DNA of 64,000 bases from Marsupella aquatica (GCA_973895155.1 OZ316892.1:24623971-24687970), one strand, 5' to 3'; shown: positions 11,242 through 32,599, numbered from the stretch's first letter. Notes: generated by a model not told the origin, from the letters alone. Numbers and translations: made by a program.

Positions 11242-13391
11242 ATGGCATTAGAAGTTGCACGGGCCTCTCTAGTCTCCATTGAGTGGCCTCTGGAAGGTGA
11301 AAGAGCGCCGTCTATTCTCGAGACATTGGAGCACCTCCAGAGAACTCGAAAGGATGAGTTACCGAAAGAGTTGAGAGTGAACGAGGAAGACCGATCCACA
11401 ATTGGGTATGATGATTGGAAGGACTTGTCAGAGATTCCTGTGATCGACCTCTCTCTGCTGCAGACTGATAGAGCGGTGAAACAACTACACAAAGCTGTGA
11501 GTGAATGGGGATTTTTCCACATTCTAAATCACGGGATTCCATTGGAATTGATGCAAGAAGTTCAAGCTCAAGGATTGAAGTTCTTTGCGTTGCCCCCCGA
11601 AATTAAGAAGAAGGCTACACCAGAACCGGGGTGTAGTGTGGGGCTCAGTGTGGGGTACACGGGTGACAATAGTAAGAAGACCAGGTCGAACTTACACTGG
11701 GCAGAAAACCTCACTCTTAATTCATTGTTGGTGGACAGAACCGTCAGCAAAGTCTGGCCGGATGGTAACGAGGAATTCAGGTAAGATTCAGAACATTTGG
11801 TTCACTTTTACTCTCTAGCTGCACTTGCAATTAATGCCGAGACTCCCTAAGGTCAGGCCACTACCATAAACAGCTTGTTGATGATCGATGAGAGACACAA
11901 GCATGAGGGACAGCATTTTGATGAACATGTTTATAGTGCTGCGAGACACAATTTTGACTGAAAGCTTGTTGATGAGGAGAGACATAAGTGATAACGTTGT
12001 TCCTTCAGACATACCGTGACCGAGTACAGCGCTGGTGTAGAGAGGGTTGGCAAGCAACTCCTTGAGCTGATAGCCGAAAGTTTGGGGCTTTCAACGGATT
12101 TCTTTGCTCAGCATTATCCATCGAAGGTAAACACAGTCCGTTATAATTTATATCCGGCCTGTCCAACGCCGATGGAGTGTATGGGTGTTATGAGCCACAC
12201 GGACCCAGGCTGCATAACTGTGCTGATGCTAGACAACGTTGGAGGGTTACAAATAGAGAAAGATGGTCAGTGGCTCGCAGTCAGGCCCATTGAAGGGTCC
12301 CTGGTCGTCAATATCGGGGATACTTTGCATGTAAGTGAAGTCTTATGTCTTTTCAAGCATTTGATGTGAATGGATGATCTCAGCAAGCAATGTTGTTGTA
12401 AACAGCTTGACGTATAGCAAGTGGTCATCTGGTTACTTTGTTGTTGAAATTAGCCTAGACCGGCTAGGAATTGAACCTAGGACCTCCCGTATACATCGTA
12501 GTGCTCTACCACTGAGCTACAAGCCCTTCATGCCTGCATCCCCCCTCGTCAGTTGAGTGAGGTTCATTTCCAACACCCTCCCTTGAGTATATTCATCACA
12601 TCGGAAACTCCTGATCTTCGGAACTGATACCATGTTGGAATTGTGCTCTACCACTGAGCTACAAGCCCTTCATGCCTGCATCCGTCATCAGTTGAGTGTG
12701 GTTCATTTTCAACACCCTCCCTTGAGCCATCAGTTGAGTGTGGTTCATTTCCAACACCCTCCCTTGAGCCACATTCCACAAGAAACTCCTGATCTTTGGC
12801 TCTGATACCATGTCCGAATTGTCAACAGCATGGACCGGCAGGAATTGAACGAACAGACAAGAGTTATCAGCAAAAGAGGGGTCGGAAATATGTGTTGCGG
12901 TGACCATGAACACCAAGCGAACTCAAGGTTATGCCAGTTCTGGAGAAGATAACCAGCTTGGTTAATCATCGTGATCCAAGACATTTGCACTGGAAGCCCA
13001 AAGAGTAACAGAGCATGACTTAATCACAAGAAGCCCTTGCTCTGATTCATATCACCATCAAGAGTCATAAGTTATACAACAAAATCTACTATAACATATG
13101 CTGTCTGTCGCTGGTGGATATTGCAGGCATGGAGCAACGGCATTTGCAGGAGTGTGTTGCATCGCGGAGTGGTCAACAAACAATTCCATCGTCTTTCAGT
13201 TGCTGCTTTCTTTGTACGTAGACGAAGACGTTCCCATATCTGCTCCAGAAGAGCTCATCGATGCCAACCACCCTCGACGATACAGGACAGTTACTGTCAG
13301 AGAGTATAGATCTCAATACCCGTCACGAGTTGAGGCGAAAAGGAGCAATGGAGAGTCTTTCCTTAAAGAAGCTTACAAGTTCGAGGAGTAG
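11242..13391 (+). CDS. DOXC-class 2-oxoglutarate/Fe(II)-dependent dioxygenase (GA-oxidase-like clade uncertain); 1-nt frameshift at ~13211 in exon 3
   Basis: Exons 11242-11780, 12009-12330 and 13127-13391. Motifs: IPVIDLS, EWGFFHILNHGI, NLYPACP, Fe-binding HTD...SVLHR, 2-OG-binding RLS, and PEELIDANHPRRYR. The last motif is in a shifted frame. Confidence 0.88.
12442..12850 (-). mobile_element. Tandem-array TRIM (miniature non-autonomous LTR retroelement) whose LTR carries a tRNA-like sequence; lies in 2-ODD intron 2
   Basis: Order on the minus strand: truncated LTR (12850-12811), PBS TGGTATCAGAGC, 54-bp internal domain, PPT AAGGGAGGG, 42-bp duplicated LTR-start+PPT, deleted LTR (12714-12633), degenerate PBS TGGTATCAGTTC, 57-bp internal domain, PPT, full 134-bp LTR TGTTGG...TTCAACA (12575-12442). 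Confidence 0.85.
12456..12526 (-). ncRNA. tRNA-like (Ala-like, degenerate anticodon arm) Pol III cassette inside the TRIM LTR; probably not a functional tRNA
   Basis: GGGCTTG-TA-GCTCAGTGGTAGAGC-A-CTACGATGTATACGGG-AGGTC-CTAGGTTCAATTCCTAG-CCGGTCT-A. D arm, T arm, A box and B box are intact. The acceptor stem is wobble-rich and includes G3.U70. The anticodon arm is 1 nt short and poorly paired. Confidence 0.75.
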
Positions 13392-15584
13392 ATCACGCAC
13401 ATCAAGTGAAGTAGCAGGGGAGGTCCAATTGGATATGGACAGTCAGGCTTCCAATGAAAGTCTGATACGACCAAGAACTCCAACAATGCCATGTGACGCT
13501 GTAATGCTTAATGTATGCTTAATGTATGTGTTATTGTAATGTTAGAGCAGAAGGTCAGCGAGAAATACCCTGTAACAAAACGTTTAGAAACTTTTTGTCA
13601 CTCGAATATCAGATCAGCTTAGTGTTCAACACTTGGTTGAAATATTAGTCAAATATCAAACCCACATGCGCGTTTAAGCCGTTAGTGATATCTGCATTAT
13701 AATTATATGTACGTGTGCCTTCATGATAGCCTGGTCGCACTCTTTTTTAATTTGGATTCCCCAAGCTATGTAATTTTATATCTATGGCGGATCACAATTT
13801 TGACTCTCAATTTTACTATAGCCATATGGTTCAGATCCATTATCAAGCGCCTCTCAGAGAACTGTCTTTGTTCCCTACATGTACAAAACTTAATCTTGAT
13901 CCTCATTCAGAATAACTTGTATTCAGAACTGGTTGCAACTTTTACATGAAGATGTATTTGGCAAGAGTCTTGTTAACGCAGTCTGTACTAAACTTTATTG
14001 ATGGGCGAACGACAGACAGAGAGAGTGGATACTCAACAAATTTGACTAGTCTTTCTGAGTAATCAGGTCATCATCGTGACAGTGCTCAAATCAAAATTGT
14101 TTCTCAATTGGAGTCGTGGAAGTTGCAAGGAACTTTCACAGAGTCTTTGGATAATTGTGAATACGTTGTCAATTGGTCAATGTTATCCTCTCGTCCCCGC
14201 TCTCATCCCATGTGGACTCTAGCTCTTTCCGTGTGCTACTGATATCTACAGTACTTGTTCTACTGTAGTTGTCTTGCTCTCTGTTGCTCAATCACATGCT
14301 GAACTCATTGGTGAGTGTGTCCAAAGGTGGTGGCATTGAGACCCTGCAGCTTTTGATTTCTACCAAATGTTGTGTACCTTCCCTTTTCCAAGGGTACCTT
14401 TTGCCTAATATCCTGTCTAATGGATCCAAAAGCTGAACTAATGACTAGGGGTCCTTAGTGCATAGCGGAACTAGTGCCCCTCAAAATCACCGTCCCTTAG
14501 GGTGACTCGAGCTTTGGAAGTCAACAGCATCTTACAGTTAATAATTTGCTCCCTTAGGTTGACTTGAGCTTTGGAGGCCAACAGCATCTTACTAATAATT
14601 TGTGAACAGAAGCTAATGTCTAGTGTGAAGCCTGGAGACCATAACCACCAATAAGGACAAAACTGACAATGATTTTAAAAACAAAATTGACTCTAAATGA
14701 AGAAAGGGATCAAAGATGGACAAAAGTAAAATTGACTCTAAATGAAGACAAAACTGAAATGAAGTTGAACAAAAAACAGAGATGAGGCAAAGTTGAACCG
14801 AAAATAACATAGAATCCTTCTCTTTTAAGAATTTTTTTTGTTGTCTTCATATCTATTTCTGTTCTAGGAATGGGTGATCAGGCTAATAAAGCGTGATGGA
14901 ATGTTACCGTCTAGAATGAAGCTTCTAGCTTTAACTCTCAATAAGGGACAAAAAGGACAGTCACTAATTAAGGACAAATTTGAAAATGAAGAGGGACAAA
15001 ATGAGGCAAGAAAAATTACATACAGGGATGGGGCAAAGATGACAAGGAAATAGCATAGAATCTCATTTTTGTAAAATTCTTTTTATCTTCATCTCTATTT
15101 ACTTTCAAGGAACAGGTATTTGGGATACTGGGAAGAATTTGAAACTGCACCCTTTGGTCATTTCTCTAGAGCAACCTTCTTCATGAATGGAATAACAGGG
15201 GGCAACGATTGCTTGCATTGTCAGACAAGAGATGAACAGATAGTACTTAGATTGTGGCTGGTATGATTGGAGGTCAATCTACTGCCTGAAGCTATTCAGA
15301 AGTTCTGTGGGCACTCTGAAAGTTGAACAGCTACAAGGGCCTCTCTCTAAGTGCACTACATAAGTGCAAAACTTGGCTAATTTCAAGGTGTCCCCTCTGC
15401 CCTTTTTCTCTCAACCAATTTGGATATTAAATCACATCAACCCTTTACAAGCTACAGGTTCCTATAGCTGCCATTCTGAGTAGCTTCTTCATGAAATTGT
15501 GAAGCAAACTGGCAGGGTAGAGGAGGATATGAGTGGAACGCATAAAAATGGGGAGATCTTGGACACTCCCCCCTTATACATGGC

Positions 15585-15649
15585 CAGGGGTGATTTAAGA
15601 AGGGTCCACTGAACAACAAATATATGGGACCCTTCTTAAATCACCCCTG
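15585..15649. repeat. Perfect 23-bp inverted repeat with 19-nt spacer (possible minimal MITE)
   Basis: CAGGGGTGATTTAAGAAGGGTCC...GGACCCTTCTTAAATCACCCCTG. Confidence 0.85.
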
Positions 15650-16009
15650 TTTATGCACAATTACTGGTAAGCGGATAATTCCTTTGAGTTACACTTATTG
15701 ATAAGTGAAAGTCCTTTTTACACATAGTAAACTTTGCAGTTGTGAGGTTTGGAAAGCCTGATCACCTGCCTCTCCCTCCTCGTCACCTGCCTCATCTGGC
15801 AAATTTGGATTGGGATTTCCTGAATAACGAAAATGCACTAAAATGAAAATTGAACCCCGACTGACATACTCTTTTAAGATTGAATGTTTACTTCAAGAAG
15901 ATTCTCAGTATCTTGGTATAATTGACTTTTCTATGCATTCAATAGTTTTAAAACTTATAAAACAAGAATAAACTTACAAATGCAAGAATAATATTTTGGA
16001 AAAATTATG

Positions 16010-16565
16010 CTCCCCTGGACATAGAGCCCGTGAACCATCCAACCCCATGGACACTTTTACACTTTGACTCATTGACACCCTTCTCATTCCAAAATAGTTT
16101 TGAACAGCAACATTTGACCTTCAATGTCTCACTTGATTTCCACTTGAATGGGCTCTTCTTGGGCTTGATAGAAGCCTCTAGAAAAGATCTTCCCAACTAG
16201 TCTACTGTAGTATCTCTAGTTTCCATTGTTAAGGACCAAGCATTGTAAACTTCTAAAGAATATTCTATCACTTACTGTCAACACTGCTATTCTGAAAGTA
16301 GCTAGTTGTGATATTCAATATGTCACCGAACATCCAACTGAATCTGATTTGTGTTTTGCGAGCGTTAGGAACTGCATGGAATCATCTTTACAACCAGCTT
16401 AATTGAGGGACCTACAAATTTTGAAGGAGACTGTCTCATTTTCTTGCCATATTTCACTCCTTGGTGTAATATGTACTATATGACCTTAAAACAGGTTTTG
16501 CTGCAATCCATCGAGGTTGCAAAAGTCCATCTGAGCATTTTGGAAAACATGGAGGTCCATCCAGA
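16010..16565 (-). mobile_element. Degenerate coding-like dispersed repeat, related to 59160-59702; family unidentified
   Basis: Collinear DNA anchors (AACCCCATGGACA, ATCTCTAGTT, ATCACT..CTGT, TGTAAT..GTACTA, TGGAAAA...CCATCC). Minus-strand peptides are similar: IAVLTVSD...TRD...LVGKIF versus IV*TASD...TRD..LEGKVF. Confidence 0.45.
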
Positions 16566-19207
16566 AATGAGAAATAATTCATGTAACTGGGATGGCACTA
16601 CATATATAGTAAAATGCTGGTAACATGGTGTTGTGGGCATAATAAAACAAGGGCTATATCTCAAGATATGGAGGGCTATTATTGGCCATAATGCCCTAAT
16701 TAAGGGGCATTAACACACTGAAAGGCCTTATAGATTGTTATTTTTATAATCTTTAATAATCTTCAGCGTCGGCACGGTCAGAAGCACAAGAGAAGTTTCA
16801 CAGTATCCCTATCCAAATCTGGACTGTCCATTCTTCTCTATAAAATTAAACCAAAAATTTCAAAGAAACAGTCCATGAAAGGCATTAACGTATCCAACAG
16901 CTCTGGAAAGCGAGCGTCCTCAGCGGGGTGATCGTGGCCGTAGACTCGATAGTCAGTACCCAACGATGCACCGTCGTCCGTCGACCTGACCGTCGCATGA
17001 CCGTCGCCTCTCCGTCCTCGCAGAGCTCGTTTTCCTTTTCCTTTCGTCGCACAAACAGAGTGTAAAGCAGAAGACGGGATTCGAGTGATTCGATTACTTT
17101 TGTTGCTCTGTTCGGCTCTGTTCGCCTCTGCTCACCTCTGCTCGCCTCTGCTCTTTTCTGTCGACCACCAGGCAATCCAGCCTTTGTGGAGACCTCGGCT
17201 TCGACCAGCTTTTCTGTTGCGGTGAGCTTTGGACGTCAATCAGTCATCGAGTGATGCAATTCTCAGTGGAGACTTCAGAATCGAGCTTGTCCCCTGTCCT
17301 TTTTTGGTCAATTTAAGCTGTGAAATGTTTGTTGCGGGAAGGTGCATTGATCCAGGTCGTGGACAAAGATTCCGGAAAAGTGAACTGTGCCACCTAAACG
17401 GAGTACAGTGTCTTTTCATCTACCGTGTCCGGAGTAGGCGATCGCACTGGCTTTCGGGAGTGGAGTATCAGAGGACCGTGCCGACGCTGATGATTCTGCT
17501 TCAGCTTCAGAAAAATGGAGTGGAGATGAGAGGAGCGAAGCAGAGATGGGAGGAGTGCTTGTAACTTGAGGCAGGAAAGGGTGGTTTCGGCATGTGATTC
17601 TCTGCTACTTCTTCCGAGTATCGGGAAGAGAGGAGAGGGAGGATAGGTGCGCTGGTGATGATTGAACTTCCTGTCACCTGTGTTTAAGACCGCGGACCAA
17701 AAGGTGTGCTCCGCTGAATGGGGGATTGTCTAAAGTGGAGTGGAGTGGAGGCAAATTTTGATTGCGAACTGCACACGGGACGCGATTCCAAGGTTTTATA
17801 CAGGTGTGGTCAAGAAGATGGACAATCGGAATTGCGCGAGCAGTGGTGTGATGAGCGGGCAGCGGTTGGAGGTGACTGAGAAATGCATGTTGAGAGGGAC
17901 GAGGGAGGAAGGAACAAAGGAAGCGTCATGATAGAGGAGCGAGCCCTCAAGACTCAGGATGGAAAGAATGGGAGTCTGAATTTTAGCTCATCTTTGAGGG
18001 AGTGAGGGTGATGGATGTGTGAGATTGAATTGGGAACGAAGAACATTGGACGAAGTCGAGATAAGTTGGACAGGAACCGGGTCGCTGGAGCTGTCCACTC
18101 CTACACCTGAAGTGCTTCTTCTGATGGTCACTTCTCGTTTTTTTGAGGTGTCAATTACGAAGGTCAGCTTTACTCTTCAGCTTTTGAGTTTTTCTTCATT
18201 TGCACATTATGATGTCCGCGTTCATGTCTGTCCCTGCGCGCTTTGGACCTTTGAAGTTGCCGGCGAAGTTCAGCGGTCTGAGGCACTTCACGCTCCTCTG
18301 CAGCAGTAATGCTTTCGAACCAAATTAGGCGAAAACCCGAATGATTGAAAAGAAGTGAACTCCAGAGAAGCACGTTCGTAGGTGCCCCCTCGCTGCCTTT
18401 CAGATAGTACTCCCGTAGACTTGCAATGGAAAGAGTAACACCCATTTATAGAATTCTCAACGTCCTTATGTCTAACTTAGCACAATCATAGTACTCGAAG
18501 CTGGAACTTTGGGCTCGGCATTGACTTTCCTGATAAAAAGAACTTTACCAATCAATGATATCGGAGTCAGAATACTTTTTGCCGTCCAATTCAGTTTTGA
18601 ACACGCTGATTTAAGCCATGCAGTATCAGGCGCAAATCTTGGTACCCCCGGAGGATATCTCGACAGAGTCAACGCAGGGACGGATTGGATACTGACCTTT
18701 CAAAATTTTGTGAATCAAAACCAATGCTTTGCTGGAATAGAACTATATTTGCAGGAAATAGGCATGGTTGTAGTATGTATATCAGTCTCCCCAAACCACA
18801 GAAATTCAGATCTCCTCGTACCACAATTTGAGTAGTGGCATTGCGATCGACCACTTTTATATACTTAAGGACCAAAAAATGTTGCAGCCGTCTAGGTCTT
18901 TGTACGAGTCTAATTGGAAAGCTTCGAAATGTGCAGGAGGTAAACTCACAATTTGATTCAGGCAAGCTTTCCAGGAAGGTCTGCTCTCATGATGATTGAC
19001 AACGTAGACTTTTTCATCGTCCACGGAAACATCGTGGGCGGTGGAAGCCAAGCTGGAACTCCATGCTGTCCTATTTCATATGGGACTTACCTTCAGAATG
19101 ACGATAGGCAGTTTTCGGCACAATTTTTATCATCGCTCTGAGGCGGGTGGCCAGGATTGTGATTGCGACACACGTTTTTGAGAAAGTCCTCATGTAGGAA
19201 GGGCACA

Positions 19208-28215
<9,008 letters not shown>

Positions 28216-31200
28216 GCAATTCATTATTAGGATCGGCATGTTATTCGCCGAACTCTTGGAGCACCTCCGTCGAAGAAGTGATCCCCATCTTTGTTCAGAC
28301 CTCGAACTCTATAATCCAACTAGAGGATTATATTTGTCCATAGATAAGGAGGAAGTCTGTGCTTGTGGAGAAGTCTCCCTTGTTAATCTCAATCATTCTC
28401 AGTGTTCTGATCCCGACCTGTAACATATAAAATATTGAAATTGAGGTGCATAAGCTGTTCCATCGGCAGTAAGGTGGTGGTCGGTTTCCTACTCCCTTTT
28501 AGATTCTCACGTGGCCACATGAGGGAGAGATGTAACACAATTACCATAAAGAGGGTACTTCTCTGATTCCTGGCTGGCGGATTCGGCACCTGTCATTAGA
28601 ATACCAATGTCGCAATGAATGAGGACATTCTTTCTGTCCCCGGCCTAACAAGTACTTTTTTCATATATGCAGTACTGATAATTGTGTGCAGTATACTTAG
28701 GCATGGATCCTAAAACGAAGGTGATTTTCCATCCAAAATTTTCTAGGACGAACATGGAAGCCCGTTCGTCAAAGAATGCTGCGGCATGGATTGTAGAGCG
28801 AAGGTCCTTCAAATTTCCAGGACGCCAGTTGGTTCTACTGCACGTCCCCTTGTGAAGTGTGGCTGCGTGCATGTCTAATGTAAATTGTGTGCCCAATCCA
28901 TGGATGCTACCTGTTATGATCCTCTCCAGTCCTTCATTCCCGCAGCGTGGCGATGTTGTGGCCTCAATCATGTGTCCTAAATTGAAGAGCAAAAGCCGCT
29001 GTTAATCATCTCAAATGAATCATTTCTCTTGGGATCTACTTTTGTAATGGGCAATCGAAATGAAGTACAGTAGATGTGGATTTTCTTAATCCTTTGTCTT
29101 AGGAACTTTCTTTTGCAATGGGCAGTCAGATGACGTGATGGATGGACCACCACATGTGAGCCAAGGAGTGAAGGACTAAGGACAACCAAAAATGTGAGCA
29201 CTCATACAAGGAAAAAGTGTTAGTTCAGTAAAACCATGTCTCAAAATGGTTCATGTGGGTTTAATTTTACTTTCTGGTGCATGTGGGTTTTGATAGTCTG
29301 TAGGAGCATCTTGTCTACGTTGTGGTTTATGGAAGCTTCCACCTAGGCTCTACTGGACCTTTGTGGTAAATCTGGTGACAAATCATTGGAGGTTCCCCCT
29401 TGCTACACGTGATGCAGCGGAGACATGTTCCTTGAGATATGTGGAATGTTGGCACTATGATATCTCGCATGACTTCTGGTTGTGCCCACAAACACAGGAA
29501 ATCCAGGATAGCGCATGTTCATCTTGGAACATGGCTATGTTCATCCTGGATTAAACATGTCAGTTCCAGACTTGGTGAGACGGAATCCGAGCTGCCACAA
29601 TTTGGCAATCTGAAACATGGCTTAGTAGACCTTCTTGGAAAACTTTCAAACCAAAAGCAAAACCAAACCAGATTTAAGAGTACTCCTTAAATGTAACAAG
29701 ATCTGGCAGTGCAGATGTGTGAGACAATCATCTCCCTTGCATATTTCCCACCCTCATAAAAGTATCTCTAGTGGTGGGGTCAAGTGAGCCTGTAACGGCT
29801 AAAAAGAGCATATAATGGCTAATTTTGGAAGGAAGCCCATATCTCTAAATAAATGGCAGCCAACCCCTTTTTTCACAACCCTGGATGCCATATCTGTCAG
29901 AAATGGCAGTTGGGATTGAGTGAATCCCTTTCTTCTGGCCTATATTGCCATCTATGTTTGAGATAGTACTTATCCTGGCCTGTATTGCAATCTATGTTTG
30001 AGATTCCACCACATGTCACAAGATTTTGAATCTGGATATGAGGCCACATTGTTTTGGAGGCGATAGAGGTCGACCACATGTCACAAGATTCTGCGGTCGA
30101 CACATGTCACAAGAATCTGGATATGCTAAAAAAATTGAATGTGGGTGTGACAACACATCACTTTGGAGAGGATAGAAGTCAAAGAAGAGGGAATAGGTTG
30201 TGAATAAATCCAAGATGGGAGCTCTCTAATTTGGATGCCTCCAAATGATGGGCAAAATTCACCCATAAACCCTTCGAGATAAGTCTCTAAGTAATTACCA
30301 CCTCTTGCATCCACTATCCGACCGCTCAAGGTTGCTAGTCATGTGTCACATATTGAATGTGAAGATACAAGTGTGATTGTCTCTACTGTCTGTATGCACA
30401 TAACATGACAGTTTACAGTGCAGGTACCTAAATAAACAAAATGATGCCTACAAAATGGTCCAACTGCATTGGCAGTAAATGCACTCAGTGGCAAGGGGGA
30501 GGTCTTGAGTCCAAATCTCTTTTATAATTTGGAGACTTTTGCACATACTCTAGCCAAAGTGGAGTACTCAAAAGCTCTAATTCACATTTCAGCTTTTGAC
30601 TACCTGAACAATGAGGGACATGCCATACATGAGAGTCTACTGGGAAAGTTAGAAAGTTAGAAAGTTTGAGGGTTGTTAAGCCATAAACTTTTCCCCACGG
30701 TCTACTAAGCCATTGTCTGTGGGATGGGTTGACATAGCGGCTGCCATTCTCCCTAATCAATGAATGAGGCTGCATTACTTCATGAACAATGAATGAACAA
30801 TGGTTTGAAACGGATATGTTTGCTTTCTATTACGTCAGTGTGGATCTTGTGTCACTAGTTCGGGCTTTTCTCCTACAAATGGAGTACAATTGCAACATTC
30901 GAAGTTCAGCTTTTTCAGAAGGTCTAGGTCCAATCCCCCAGGAGAATTGTTCCTCTGTCCAATATTCTTTCTCGCCCTTGCCCTCTTTCTTGTGGGGTAG
31001 AGAGGTCCTTTATTGGCCTCGAATTTTCTGTATCTATAGTCTCAGTAGGTATATGGTTGGCGAAGTGGTTGGGTCCTTCACAATTCCAATGGGCTTTTCC
31101 TAAAGTGGAAGTAGTGTGCACCTTTTTCTGCTTCAATGTTAGCACCCTATTTGCTCACTTTTCGCTCACTTTTCGCTTCTTCTTCTTCTTTAAACCAGAA

Positions 31201-32599
31201 AGCTCTTTCATTGCAAGACGACAGGTGAAACAAGCGCACGCGACCGAGAGTATCCCTTTCCCTTTTGCTTTTTCTAGTTTCTTCCTTTTGGCACGGAGTT
31301 AAAGCAATTTGGTTTTTTTCTCCCCTGCTTTTTGTAATAATTTCATCTGATACATGGGGGAGAGCAATTTGATGCCATATTTCATTTGTGATGAAATGCA
31401 ACGAAATATCCAAAGAAAGACTTGATGGGGCCTATGAGGGGAAAAAACCCCAACAAGGCCGTGTCTTTTGAAAGGGACTTGCTGCCCCCTTCCCTGCCAC
31501 CCCTGTGGAGCTCCTGCTGTGTTAACAGCCCTATTGTGAGCAAATTGTGGTGGTCTGCTGCAGCAGCCTTATGGATCCACAGCATGAACTCGCATTTTTC
31601 TGCGTGGATCTTGCCACTAAGCTCCTGGAATCCGCATTTTGTCTGAATGATTTTGGCCACACTTCCCGGTCTGCCAAGATGCTACATGCACCTGCAAGAC
31701 ACACAAAGCTGCAGCAATTGTGCAGCAACCTTGTGTGCCTGATTGCCGGGTTGGGGCAGTATTTGCTTGGTCAAATGGGGAGGTACTTTCAGGGAGACTT
31801 TACGAGCACAGCCTTGCAGGGATGGGTTGTTGCACTGTGAGTTCAAGCATTATATATTGTCTCAAAGCAAGGGGGTATGTTAGAGATATTGGCCTCTGTA
31901 AAATTATATCATCAGTTATATCAAGTTCATGAATCAATTGATATCAATTATCATATCATCTCGGAGAGAAAGTGTAGATGTTGTGATGTAAAACAAATTT
32001 AAAATATTTTTAACATTGAAATTTGACATATTGAACTTTTTCTACTTACTTGTCATGTGTTGCATTTGTACCATATGGACACTAATGTCGGTGAGGCGAG
32101 CCAAAGCTGACCAATATCCATACCAAATGGACATAGAATATGACCCAAAAAAAAAAAAAAAACTTGAATTGTTTTGGGGGAAATGTTGAGTTTTGATGTG
32201 GAACCTGCAACAGCACCCTGGCCGTGGCGCTTGCAACTGGGTTATAACTAAAGAAGGGGCTCCATAAGGGTTGCAGGGACGGATCCCAACAAGGTCATTT
32301 TTTAAGGCTGCGCTTTGTGAGGGGTTTTATTTCCCCATCAAGTAATTTGTTGACCAAATATCTAAAGTGAAAGTTTGCAACTCTGGTTGGTTGAGATTCC
32401 TTGCTCATATACAAATGACCATAGCATATGAGTTGGTGTACGAGTTATCCAATTTTGGCCATACAGTGCAAAAGGGAAGCTTTTTTATGCAAGAGATCTG
32501 TCTTAGATAATCTTTGCCCCCCTATGAAGATATCTTTGTGCCAAAGTATTGCTAAGGTTGGAGGTTTGCATAGGGAGGTAGGTGACCAAGCATCATCAT

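Noticed and set aside
12456-12526. Functional tRNA gene or ordinary tRNA-SINE
   Set aside because: The anticodon arm is defective, and there is no oligo-T terminator or A-rich tail. The sequence is embedded in a repeated LTR with PBS and PPT.
16885-19150. Many short ORFs upstream of the BEACH gene
   Set aside because: No coherent protein in any frame. Best explained as a long 5' UTR and intron.
28645-28992. 115-aa minus-strand ORF downstream of the BEACH gene
   Set aside because: Non-ATG start, no recognisable domain and no partner exons.
31147-31413. HFITNEIWHQIA resembling a piggyBac transposase start
   Set aside because: No downstream DDD-domain similarity; probably chance.
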